DNA of 64,000 bases from a virus. Numbering within the stretch: position 1 is the stretch's first letter; every line of letters begins with the position of its first letter. A program made the translations under genes and the position numbers. Positions 10,601 to 18,943 of the stretch are shown here, piece after piece. The stretch is from the IMG/VR virus record IMGVR_UViG_3300046499_000591, positions 15,198 through 79,197 of that record; one strand, given 5' to 3'. The notes under the pieces were generated by a model that was not told where the DNA came from, did no database searches, and saw nothing but the letters and a program-made list of their open reading frames with translations.

Positions 10601-11384
10601 CAAGTCGGTGGCCGACGGCATCAAGCAGGGCTTCTCCATCGTCACCGAGGCCCCGCAAGACGGCGTCGCACTGACCACGCAAGACGTCATCAACAAGATG
10701 CAAGACCAGATGCAGAAGGCCACCGCTTTTGCGGCGCAGCTCCAAGCGCTCCAGAAGAAGGGCCTCTCGTCGGACCTGATCGCGCAGATTGCCGCGTCCG
10801 GCGTCGACGCCGGCGGTGCGACGGCCTCCGCGCTGTCCTCGGCGACCAAGGGCCAGATAGACCAGATCAACGCCATGAACAAGACGACCAACGCCGCCGC
10901 GAACAAGGCCGGCGGGGCGGTCGCCGACGCCATGTACGGATCGGGCATCAAGGCCGCCCAGGGTCTGGTCAAGGGCCTGCAATCGCAGGAAAAGGCCATC
11001 GAAAAGCAGATGGTCAAGATCGCAAAGTCCATGCAGAAGGCAATCAAGTCCGCTCTCGGGATTCACTCCCCGTCGCGGGTGTTCGCTGCGATCGGCCAGT
11101 GGGTCCCCCGGGGCCTGGCGGCCGGCGTCGAGGGCGGTACGCACCACGCCACCCGCGCCGTCACCCGCCTCGCCGGGTCGGTGGCAGCGGCCGGCGCGGG
11201 TTCGTTCGCCGGTAGCGGCCTGGCCATGGGCGGCGGATCACGGGGGGCCGTCGTGCACCAGACCGTGGTCGTGAACGTCGAGGGCCACGTGCTGACGGAG
11301 AAGAAGCTCCGCGACCTCGTCGAGAAGCAGATGCTCCGCCTCGGCATGCGCAACTCGACGACGTACGCGCCGTACCGGCGCTGA
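7686..11384 (+). CDS. Tape measure protein (TP901-like)
   Basis: 1232 aa, Ala/Gly-rich and helical; AMDANP..IV..I motif, Trp-spaced repeats, GIxSPSRVF twice. Confidence 0.92.
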   Translation: MSEGTLLPPVVVRLMGDMTQLRGTLATARTQVDGTASGFKKAGATAYAGLAQMGRSVSLIGVGVAAASVKMAGDFQAKTMVLHTAAGESVKNLATVRKGILDISSGTGTGIENLTDGMYQIEKAGYRGAGGLKVLKAASQGAREENASLESVTNAMTSVMASYHLKATDSVRVMNGMKTAAGEGKMTMEEFAGSLSTVLPIASANNISFGQVSGALATLTQHGTSAREGTQELANTIRNLAAPNNVATSTMQRFGLSSTDVSTKLGKRGLTGTLDLLTKTVLGKMGKSGTVLLSAFNNSKQAASNLKTMLEQMPAGVRKLATGLQNGSTNVKAYGKAIKQLPADQYAMGQQFATLYEKSHGFNDALKRGGPAASTYTDSIKKMTGGATGLNTTLMLTGENTEGFKDRVGKVSASFNHASKNVEGWDATQKLFNVQMAKAKQTLQVLAIEIGTKLIPVITSVISWFGKHKDIAVALAAVIGGVLALSVVAYAAKLVTSAAKTVGSFAKMGVSGVKAGANVVKGFRSASVAASDASGMAGTFGGKLRKGFDAAARGAKSAGGAVKTFASAVGRVSASAGKAAWSGLVSGIKGVGGAMKTAAVQSASFIRSMAASALAGLRAAAAWTAQKVALVASAIAEKAAALAQWALNVAMDANPMMLIVLGIVALVAGLVLAYNKIGWFRDLCNAAFHMIGAAVGWVVDFVKAHWPLLLAILTGPIGIAVLLIVKYWGKIKSGFLSAYHGTVNVGKSLVNWISGLPGRAGSALASLGSRIVSIATRAWNSFKTATVNKAVDLIAWVKGLPGKIKSGLGNMGSLLLSAGKDLITGFIHGVSSMASAAIDKVKSIGSSAVSGIKHVFGIRSPSRVFRQIGIYLNEGLVDGLTGSTAKVKTATKRIETLLMQTYNKVSDLKGTHGVSNKWVKQHEASIKKLEAYAKREDKILRALASKRDAVAVKIKAAQKTLTDLQKKWTDEVKSVADGIKQGFSIVTEAPQDGVALTTQDVINKMQDQMQKATAFAAQLQALQKKGLSSDLIAQIAASGVDAGGATASALSSATKGQIDQINAMNKTTNAAANKAGGAVADAMYGSGIKAAQGLVKGLQSQEKAIEKQMVKIAKSMQKAIKSALGIHSPSRVFAAIGQWVPRGLAAGVEGGTHHATRAVTRLAGSVAAAGAGSFAGSGLAMGGGSRGAVVHQTVVVNVEGHVLTEKKLRDLVEKQMLRLGMRNSTTYAPYRR

Positions 11385-11433
11385 CAACCCGTACGAATGA
11401 GGGCGCCACCGGGCGCCAGATTGGTGGTGCCCG

Positions 11434-14400
11434 GTGGCCAACCCGAAGCTGTCCTCGCTCGTCGACGCCTTCACCACGGCGGCGATCAACATAACCCTGT
11501 GGTCCTCCGTCACCGGCGGCGCCGCCACGCTGGACACGGTCAACGACCTCGTCACGCTGGCGGTACCGACCGCATTCGGGGTCACCAACACCTTCGGCAG
11601 TAATCAGTTGTTCGACGCGACCTCGAGCGCGCTCTATGCGCAGGTCGGGGCCGCACCGAACGGCAACGGCGGCACCAAGACCGTCATCAAGCTGACGGTG
11701 GACGCCAGCAACTCGGTTTCCATGCGCCTGGAAAACGGATCGTTCCTCCTGCGGGTCCAGACCGCGGGCGGGAACGTCGACACCGCCCTGGGGGCGTACA
11801 GCCCGCACGCACACCGCTGGTGGCGGCTCCGCGAGAGCGCCGGTTCCTGGTACGCGGAGGCGTCCGCGGACGGCCTGACCTGGTCGACGCTGGCCTCCTC
11901 GTCCTACACCTGGTCCGCGACGGCAGTCACGTTCGCGTTCCAGGCCGGAGCCAACGTGACCGAGGCCGCCGGGAACGTGGCCACGATCGCGAACGTCAAC
12001 ACGCGCGACGGCGGCCCGTACAACCCCAACTGGCCCCGCCTCGACGTCGGCTGGGCGCCGTTCTGGAACGCCAACGGCGGAACGTTCCCCATTGACCGCT
12101 ACGTGGAGGTCACCGACCGCACCCGCGGCTCGCTGTCCGTTCAGCGGGGCCGCCAGTACGAGACCGACCAGGTCCGTTCCGGTGAGGCGTCGCTACGCCT
12201 GGCCAACAACGACGCCGCCCTCGACCCGGTCAACGCCGGCGGCCCGTGGGCTGGCCACATCAACCCGTACCAGCCGTACCGCCAGCGCGCGCAGTGGCCG
12301 CCGTCGAGGAACCTCCTCGACCAGGTCACGGCGACGGGTGGCGACCTCGGCCCGTACGCACTCGGCGCCATCAACACGAGCTCGTCCGGCCCGGACATCA
12401 TCTCGACGACGGACGTGACCGGCGGGGCCTTCGTTACCTCCTCCTCGGCCTGGGCCGGTGGCACCGTCATGCAGTTCTCGGTGCCGTCCGCGTCCGCGGC
12501 CGGCGCGCGGCCCTGCCACACACCGCGCTGGTCCGTCATCCCGGGACAGACGTACACGGTGCAGCTCCGCGTCCGGAACATCACCGCGTCCACGTCGCTG
12601 AGCGTGCAGGCGTTCCTCGGCTGGTACACCGTCGGCACCGCCACCCCGACGAGCTTCAACTACGGCACCAGCACCGGCCTGACCGGGTCGACAACCGCCG
12701 GGTGGACGACGCTCACCGTCACCGCCACCGCGCCGGCGAATGCTGCCGGCATCGACTGCGGGGTGGCCCTCGCCGGCGTCGCCGCGGCTACCGCGTCCAT
12801 CCAGGTCGACGGCTGGCAGTTGGAGAAGGGCGCGGCCGCCACCACGTGGACGTGCCCCGGCGCCTGGACCAGCGTCTACGCCGGGTGGATCGAGCGCTGG
12901 CCGTCATCCTGGGACATGGAGGGCCTGTACGGAATCGTCGAGCCCACCGCGGTCGACACGTTCTCCTTGCTGAGTCAGCAGCAGCTCAACGACTCCTTGA
13001 CCATGGAGCTGAACGCCAACTCCCCCCGGTTCGTCTACAAGCTCGACGACCCCGCCGGCAGTGCGTCGGTGACGGACTGGGCCGGCAACTGCCCGCCCGC
13101 CCAGATCGGCATCAGCAAGTACGGCGCCGGCTCGTTGACATTCGGCGCTGCCATCGCGGCCAACGACGCCGGCGGCACCTACACCGGCAGCACCGACACC
13201 GTCGCCAGGATCAACAACTCGAACCCTGGCACCAACCTAATCACCGGCGGCGCGTCGTTCATCAAGCTGTCCTCGGCCGGGATTGTCGGGCCCGCCGACC
13301 CGACCTCGTGGACGAGGGCGATTGCGTTCCGCTACACGGGGCCGATGCCGACGTCCGGCGCCTACCTGTGGTCCAGCATGGACAATCAGCGCGTTGGCGG
13401 AGGGCCGTCGGGAAGCCACATTTACGTCTTCATCGACGCCACGGGCAAGCCCCAGGTGTGGATCCAAGGGCCCACCGGTGTTGGCACGTCCACCTTTTTC
13501 GGTGGCGCGACGAACGTGGTCGACGGCGACTGGCACCTGCTGATCTTCGGCTACAGCTCGGCCACCCAGCAGATCCTCGCGAGCCAGGACGGCTCCCTCT
13601 CCGCCTACATCGGCGGCGTCCCCACCACCACCACGCCCACCGGGCTCATCAGTGACAACGTCGGCGGCTTCGTCGACGCCACGGTCGGCAACGGCACGAC
13701 CAACAATTTCAAGGGCGACATCTCGTTTGTCTCGGAGTTCCCCGCTCTGTTCGGGGCCGCGGCAATCGCCAACTTGTACACGGCCTGGAAGTCCGCGTGC
13801 GCCGGCGAGTCGAGCGATGCCCGCTACTCGCGGATCCTGCGGTACGCCGGATACAAGGGCACCACCAACATCCAGGCCGGCATGACGACGTCGATGGGAC
13901 CCGCCTCCATCGACGGCCAGGACGCCATGAGTGCACTCCAGGCGGTCGTTGAGACGGAGAACGGCGCGCACTTCGTGGACGCGGCCGGCGGTATCACCTT
14001 CCGCGCCCGCTCCACCCGTTACAACGCGCTCACGCCCACCTACACCTTCGGGGAGCGCGTCGACCTCGGCGAGTGGCCATACGAGGACTGCACCCTCGAC
14101 TACGACAGCACCCACCTGTCGAACCAGGTCACGGTCACCCAAGAGGGCACGTCGCAGAATTTCTACGCCGCCGACGCCGCCTCGGTGAACGCGTACTTCT
14201 TGCGGACCATGTCGCGCAGCATCAATGCGTCCGACACCAACGAATGCAACGACGCAGCGAACTACCTCCTCTCCCGGTACCGACAGCCCGCGATGCGCGT
14301 CAACTCGCTGAAGCTGCACCCCAGCGCCAACCCGGCCCTCTGGCCGGTCTGCCTCGCGCTGGAGCTCGGCACCCGCATACGGGTGATGCGGCGCCCGCCC

Positions 14401-14862
14401 GGCGCCCCGGCCGTGACCGTCGAGTGCTTCGTCGAGAACATGTCGTGGGAGTTCTCCGACGACAACGAGGCATGGCTCGAGCTCCAGTGCTCGCCGGCCG
14501 ACCTCACCCCCTACGGGGTGTTCGCCGCATGGCACACCACGCTGAACACGACCGTCTCCTCCGGCGTCACCTCGATCACCGTCAAGGCGCCGGCCGACAA
14601 CACCAACCTGCTCAAACAGCAGATTGCGCCCGGGCAGCAACTCACCCTCGGGCAGGGCACGGCCAACGCCGAGACGGTCACCGTCCTCGCGGTCGGTACG
14701 ACGAGCAGCGGATGGCTGACGGGCACCCTCACGCTCACCGCGGCGACCACCAAATCCCACACCGCCGGCGACGTCGTCTGTGAGCCGCTCCCGTCCGGGA
14801 CGACCGACGCCACCACCTGGGACGCCGTCGCCAAGTTCGACAACATCGCCTTCGCCTACTAG
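11434..14862 (+). CDS. Large minor tail / baseplate hub protein with carbohydrate-binding and LamG-like domains
   Basis: Follows the tape measure gene; VQRGRQYETDQVRSG..L.N.D..LDP.N hub motif; CBM-like segment with VDGWQLEKG; concanavalin-like VDGDWHLL segment. Confidence 0.8.
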   Translation: MANPKLSSLVDAFTTAAINITLWSSVTGGAATLDTVNDLVTLAVPTAFGVTNTFGSNQLFDATSSALYAQVGAAPNGNGGTKTVIKLTVDASNSVSMRLENGSFLLRVQTAGGNVDTALGAYSPHAHRWWRLRESAGSWYAEASADGLTWSTLASSSYTWSATAVTFAFQAGANVTEAAGNVATIANVNTRDGGPYNPNWPRLDVGWAPFWNANGGTFPIDRYVEVTDRTRGSLSVQRGRQYETDQVRSGEASLRLANNDAALDPVNAGGPWAGHINPYQPYRQRAQWPPSRNLLDQVTATGGDLGPYALGAINTSSSGPDIISTTDVTGGAFVTSSSAWAGGTVMQFSVPSASAAGARPCHTPRWSVIPGQTYTVQLRVRNITASTSLSVQAFLGWYTVGTATPTSFNYGTSTGLTGSTTAGWTTLTVTATAPANAAGIDCGVALAGVAAATASIQVDGWQLEKGAAATTWTCPGAWTSVYAGWIERWPSSWDMEGLYGIVEPTAVDTFSLLSQQQLNDSLTMELNANSPRFVYKLDDPAGSASVTDWAGNCPPAQIGISKYGAGSLTFGAAIAANDAGGTYTGSTDTVARINNSNPGTNLITGGASFIKLSSAGIVGPADPTSWTRAIAFRYTGPMPTSGAYLWSSMDNQRVGGGPSGSHIYVFIDATGKPQVWIQGPTGVGTSTFFGGATNVVDGDWHLLIFGYSSATQQILASQDGSLSAYIGGVPTTTTPTGLISDNVGGFVDATVGNGTTNNFKGDISFVSEFPALFGAAAIANLYTAWKSACAGESSDARYSRILRYAGYKGTTNIQAGMTTSMGPASIDGQDAMSALQAVVETENGAHFVDAAGGITFRARSTRYNALTPTYTFGERVDLGEWPYEDCTLDYDSTHLSNQVTVTQEGTSQNFYAADAASVNAYFLRTMSRSINASDTNECNDAANYLLSRYRQPAMRVNSLKLHPSANPALWPVCLALELGTRIRVMRRPPGAPAVTVECFVENMSWEFSDDNEAWLELQCSPADLTPYGVFAAWHTTLNTTVSSGVTSITVKAPADNTNLLKQQIAPGQQLTLGQGTANAETVTVLAVGTTSSGWLTGTLTLTAATTKSHTAGDVVCEPLPSGTTDATTWDAVAKFDNIAFAY

Positions 14863-14871
14863 GAGGACCCC

Positions 14872-15420
14872 GTGGCACGCACGGTGCCCGTCATCGCATC
14901 CGAGAGCCCGGGAAACTTCCTGACCGGCGCCTTGTGGAACGCCAACGTCAAGGCGATGGGCGACTGGCTCATGGGCTCGGCCGGTAACGGCATGCCCAGG
15001 TTCCGCGGCTATCAAGCCACGGCCCAGGCCGTCGCCAATAACACCTGGGTCAGCGTCACCCTCGACACCGAGCAATACGACTCCGACAACGGCCACTCGA
15101 CCACGACGAACTCCAGCCGGTACACCGTGCAGGTCCCCGGCACGTACCTGATCGTCGGCAGTATCGGCATGGTCGCGAGCGCCACCGCCAACCGTGCTGT
15201 CCGGATCACCGTCAACGGATCACCGATTCCCGGTTCGTTCGTCAAGACGGGCGCGCCGGACGCCAGCGGCTCGTCTGGGCTCGTCTCGGTGACCACTGCT
15301 GTCTGCGCGGTCGGTGACTTCATCGAGGTCCAGGTCAACCAGAACTCCGGCGGGACCCTCAACACGGCGGCCGCCGGCGATGTGGCGTGCTCGATGGCCG
15401 CGACCTGGTTTACCGGCTGA
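14872..15420 (+). CDS. Minor tail / receptor-binding tip protein (C1q-like beta-sandwich)
   Basis: GGAGG RBS; SRYTVQVPGTYLI and GDFIEVQVNQNSGG motifs; last tail gene before a terminator. Confidence 0.65.
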   Translation: MARTVPVIASESPGNFLTGALWNANVKAMGDWLMGSAGNGMPRFRGYQATAQAVANNTWVSVTLDTEQYDSDNGHSTTTNSSRYTVQVPGTYLIVGSIGMVASATANRAVRITVNGSPIPGSFVKTGAPDASGSSGLVSVTTAVCAVGDFIEVQVNQNSGGTLNTAAAGDVACSMAATWFTG

Positions 15421-15449
15421 CCCTTCCGCCCCCCATCAGCCACCCACTC

Positions 15450-15477
15450 AAGCCCCCCGGCCCGCCGGGGGGCTTTT
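15450..15477 (+). terminator. Intrinsic terminator between tail and lysis modules
   Basis: AGCCCCCCGG-CCCG-CCGGGGGGCT-TTT. Confidence 0.75.
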
Positions 15478-15499
15478 GCATGCCCGGAGGCCCGCACTC

Positions 15500-16318
15500 G
15501 TGCTCACCCATGGCACCCTCGTTCACCGCTACCAGCCGACCGACGTACGCCTCGGCCGGCACCGCCGCCTCGACGCCCGGTCCCTGAACCACCTTCACCA
15601 CCACGACGGCAGCCAGCTCCTGCCCGTCCGGCACGAGATCCCGATCCCGATCCTCGACCAGGAAGACCTGGACGTTCAGGGCATCAACACCCACCTCCTC
15701 GTGCCCGGCGCGAAGCGGGTGAAGGCCCTCGGATCGTGCACCGCGAACGCCGGCACCGCCGGCCTCGCCTTCCTCCTCGGCGCCGGCCGCCTCGCCGACG
15801 TCGGCCTCTCCGCCACCGACCCGGTGGTGTGCGAGGAGTACGCGATCCGGCTGTACCACGAGGAGACCGTCGCCGACGAGTTCCCCGGCGAGTGGCCCCC
15901 GGACGACGTCGGCTCCTCCGGCCTCGGTATCGCCCGCGCGCTCAAGGCCCGCGGCCTCATCGGCGGGTACGTCCACGCGACCACCGCCGACGCCATCGCG
16001 TCTCTTCTGCAGAATGGCCCCGTCCTCCTCGGCGTGCCCTGGTTCCAGGCGTGGTTCACCCCCGACGCCGACGGGTTCGTCGACTCCGGCGACTGGATCG
16101 CAAGCCCCCTCGCCGGCGGACACGAGATCCTCGCCATCGGCCTCGACGCCGTCGCGCAGCGCCCCGACGGCCGCGTCATACCCGAGCAGACCGTCGTCCG
16201 GCTCCGGAACTCGTGGAACACCACCTGGGGCCTCGACGGCGAGTTCCGCCTCCGGCTGTCGACGTACGTCAAGCTGCGCCAGCACATCGACGCCATCCAG
16301 CTGAAGGCGAAGGCGTGA
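15500..16318 (+). CDS. Papain-like (peptidase C1-type) cysteine protease
   Basis: GGAGG RBS then GTG at 15500; ILDQ (oxyanion Gln), GSCTAN (Cys), GGHEI (His) and RNSW...WG..G (Asn) in C1 order. Confidence 0.8.
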   Translation: MLTHGTLVHRYQPTDVRLGRHRRLDARSLNHLHHHDGSQLLPVRHEIPIPILDQEDLDVQGINTHLLVPGAKRVKALGSCTANAGTAGLAFLLGAGRLADVGLSATDPVVCEEYAIRLYHEETVADEFPGEWPPDDVGSSGLGIARALKARGLIGGYVHATTADAIASLLQNGPVLLGVPWFQAWFTPDADGFVDSGDWIASPLAGGHEILAIGLDAVAQRPDGRVIPEQTVVRLRNSWNTTWGLDGEFRLRLSTYVKLRQHIDAIQLKAKA

Positions 16319-16746
16319 CCCGCCCGGTCACCGCACACGACCAGGCGCAGACCCACCAGTACGTCATGCACTACCCGGACCACGCCCCCCGCGAGGGTGA
16401 CCCGCACTATCGGGCGTTCGAGGCGTACGGCCGGCACCACCGCGCCGGTGCCGTCTGCTACGTCGCCGAGCGGGCCGGCCACGCCCAGTGTGCCGGCGCC
16501 CTCGAACTCCACCACTCGGTGCTCGAGTTCGCCACGGCCAACGCGGCCGACCCCAAGGCCCTGCACCGCGACTTCCCCGAGATCCGCGAGGACGCCACCG
16601 CCGACGAGGTCGCCGAGTGGGTCGAGTCCAGCCCGGGCGCCTTCCGGTGGCTGTGCGCCTTCCACCACCGCGGCCACGGCGGCGCCCACACGGCATCCCA
16701 CGCCGACTGGACGGCCCAGCTCTACGTCCCCGGCCTCATCTCTTAA
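16315..16746 (+). CDS. His/Cys-rich HNH-like (His-Me finger) protein
   Basis: GTGA overlap; C-x-V...C...LELHH...WLC-x-FHHRG..GAH pattern. Confidence 0.5.
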   Translation: MTRPVTAHDQAQTHQYVMHYPDHAPREGDPHYRAFEAYGRHHRAGAVCYVAERAGHAQCAGALELHHSVLEFATANAADPKALHRDFPEIREDATADEVAEWVESSPGAFRWLCAFHHRGHGGAHTASHADWTAQLYVPGLIS

Positions 16747-16747
16747 C

Positions 16748-16787
16748 CGGCGGCCGGCCGGCCCCTCGAGCGGCCGGCCGGCCGCCG
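16748..16787 (+). other. 16-bp intergenic hairpin with CCTCGAGC loop
   Basis: CGGCGGCCGGCCGGCC / GGCCGGCCGGCCGCCG perfect stem. Confidence 0.65.
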
Positions 16788-16850
16788 TCACCCCCCACCG
16801 TTTCGCCCCGCGGCCGCCGGCCCGGGGCCCGCATATCCGAGGCGGCATTC

Positions 16851-17279
16851 GTGTCCAACGCGTCCTCGGGCGCCAGCGCCCTAGAGACCATCTCCTTCGC
16901 CGGGGGAGCCCTCGGCACCCTCCTGACGATCGTCGCCCTCGCGCGCCGTATCCGGCCCATGCTGCGCCGGCGCGTGCACCGCTGGGACCGTCTCGACCAG
17001 CTCATGGGCGACCCGGACACCAGTCCGCCGCGCCCGGGCGTCCTCGAGCACGTCGCCGCGCTCCGCGACGAGGTCGCCGACATGCGCGGAAGCCAGGAGA
17101 CCGTGCGCCGGCTCGCCGCCGAACTCGTCCCGAACTCGGGCTCGTCATGGCGCGACGCGTACGACCGCGACCAGGCCCACCAACACCTGGTCAACACCGC
17201 CATTGCCGCGCGGCTCGGTATCGAGCTGCCGCCGCTGCCGCCCCGCTCCGTCCACCGTCACCACGACGACGAGGCGTAG
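16851..17279 (+). CDS. Membrane protein of the lysis cassette (holin-associated candidate)
   Basis: One N-terminal hydrophobic segment, short coiled coil, and EL-x-PNSGSSWRDA motif common in actinophage pre-lysin membrane proteins. Confidence 0.55.
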   Translation: MSNASSGASALETISFAGGALGTLLTIVALARRIRPMLRRRVHRWDRLDQLMGDPDTSPPRPGVLEHVAALRDEVADMRGSQETVRRLAAELVPNSGSSWRDAYDRDQAHQHLVNTAIAARLGIELPPLPPRSVHRHHDDEA

Positions 17280-17350
17280 AGCCCGGCCGGCCGCACACAC
17301 ACCACCGCCCCGCCGGCATCGCCGCGGCGGCCCCATGACCCCGGAGGTCA

Positions 17351-18793
17351 GTGATGCTCAACGGCATCGACGTCAGCGGCTACCAGTCGAACACCCCCGA
17401 CGTGTCCGGCAGCGCCTTCGTCTTCGTCAAGGCGACCGAGGGCACGTCGTACATCAACCCCAAGCAGTCCGACCAGGCCGCGACCGCCCGCGCGGCCGGC
17501 GCCGTCGTCGGCTTCTACCACTTCGCGCGGCCGGGCAACATCCAGGCGCAGGCCCAGTATTTCGTCGACAACGCGGCCTCCGCCGAGGGTGACATCCTCG
17601 CCATCGACTGGGAGGACTCCGGCGTCTCGTGCGCCGACAAGGACGCCCTCCTCAAGGCCGTCAAGGCGCTGCGCCCGACGCACAAGGTCGTCCTCTACTG
17701 CAACACCTCGTTCTGGAAGAACATCGACACCACGTCGTACGTCGAAGACGGCCTCTGGATCGCGGACTACAGCCACCCCGCGGGCTCCCCGAACATCCTC
17801 CACTCGTGGGTGTTCCACCAGTACAGCCAGACCGGCGTCGACCAGGACGTCGCGAACTTCGCGAACGCGGCGGCCCTCACGGCGTGGGCGACCAGCGACG
17901 TACCCAGCGGCACGCCGAAGTGGCGGACGCTCCTCGACCACGTCGAGAGCATTCCGGAGAAGATCTACGAGACGTGGACGTCCGCCGACGGGTGGGACAA
18001 CCACACCGAGTTCGGCGTCGAGTACGGCGAGGACGGCGTCTCGTGGTGCGTCATCTTCGACTGGGACATGTACCACGACGTCGGCCTCGACGCGATCGTC
18101 CCGAAGACCGACAACGTCGACTCCTTCACGTCGTGGGCGAAGGCTCACGGGCAGTGGTCGCTGTACCCGTCGGTCGGCGCCTGGGTCAACTTCTCCAACG
18201 GCGCCCACACGGAGATCGTCGTGGGCTTCGACGCTACGACCGTCTACACCAAGGGCGGTAACTCCATCCAGTCCGGCGCCGTCGACAACGGGCAGGGCAA
18301 TGGTGTGTGGTCCCACTCGCACGCCCGCACCGACGCGGCCGTCGTCGGCTACCTCGCCCCGCGCTTCCCCGACGGCGTATGCCCGCCCACCGCGGACCCG
18401 GCCGACCCGCGCGGCGGTACGGCCGTCACGTCCTACACGTGGCCCGGGGCGGTGTCCTCGCCGTCGAAGCCGACGCCGAGCAAGCCGGCACCGACCGCGA
18501 CGCCGACCGTCGACCTGTCCAAGCTCATCGCCGCGGCGAAGAAGGACCCGACGGCGAAGCAGGGCCACCAGACGTACGCGGTCGGCGTCAAGATCGTCGA
18601 GGCCGCGCTGCGCGCCGAAGGCCTCCTCGACAAGAAGTACGCCGGCGACGGCTCGTTCGGGTCGCTCACCGTCACGGCGTACCGGAAGTGGCAGCAGCGG
18701 CTGCACTTCTCCGGGCAGGCCGCGGACGGCATCCCGGGCATCGAGTCGCTGAAGGCGCTCGGCAAGAAGCACGGGTTCAAGGTCATCGCCTGA
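17351..18793 (+). CDS. Endolysin: GH25 muramidase + CHAP-like domain + C-terminal peptidoglycan-binding domain
   Basis: GIDVSGYQ, FVFVKATEG and LAIDWE (GH25); SWCVIF...GAHTEIV...GGN (CHAP Cys/His); DGSFG..T..AY..WQ...ADGIPG binding repeat. Confidence 0.88.
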   Translation: MMLNGIDVSGYQSNTPDVSGSAFVFVKATEGTSYINPKQSDQAATARAAGAVVGFYHFARPGNIQAQAQYFVDNAASAEGDILAIDWEDSGVSCADKDALLKAVKALRPTHKVVLYCNTSFWKNIDTTSYVEDGLWIADYSHPAGSPNILHSWVFHQYSQTGVDQDVANFANAAALTAWATSDVPSGTPKWRTLLDHVESIPEKIYETWTSADGWDNHTEFGVEYGEDGVSWCVIFDWDMYHDVGLDAIVPKTDNVDSFTSWAKAHGQWSLYPSVGAWVNFSNGAHTEIVVGFDATTVYTKGGNSIQSGAVDNGQGNGVWSHSHARTDAAVVGYLAPRFPDGVCPPTADPADPRGGTAVTSYTWPGAVSSPSKPTPSKPAPTATPTVDLSKLIAAAKKDPTAKQGHQTYAVGVKIVEAALRAEGLLDKKYAGDGSFGSLTVTAYRKWQQRLHFSGQAADGIPGIESLKALGKKHGFKVIA

Positions 18794-18802
18794 CGGCCGG
18801 TG

Positions 18803-18837
18803 CGCCCCCGCTCGACCCTTCGGGGCCGGCGGGGGCG
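18803..18837. terminator. Hairpin ending the late operon (convergent genes)
   Basis: CGCCCCCGC...GCGGGGGCG stem with a nested CCC-TTCG-GGG. Confidence 0.55.
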
Positions 18838-18943
18838 TCCCCCTTCTGTCCGATGTTCTGTCTAAGTAATGGGGGGGTCGAGACCACCTCGAGCGGCTTC
18901 ACCCCGGGGGAGGCCGGCCGACGTCGTTACCCGCCGGCCTCAC

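Noticed and set aside
4249-15096. Very long minus-strand ORFs (e.g. 4249-6561, 7590-9905, 13237-15096) and many Arg/Pro-rich alternative frames throughout
   Set aside because: Shadow ORFs of high-GC coding DNA: they overlap well-supported genes and lack RBSs and recognisable motifs.
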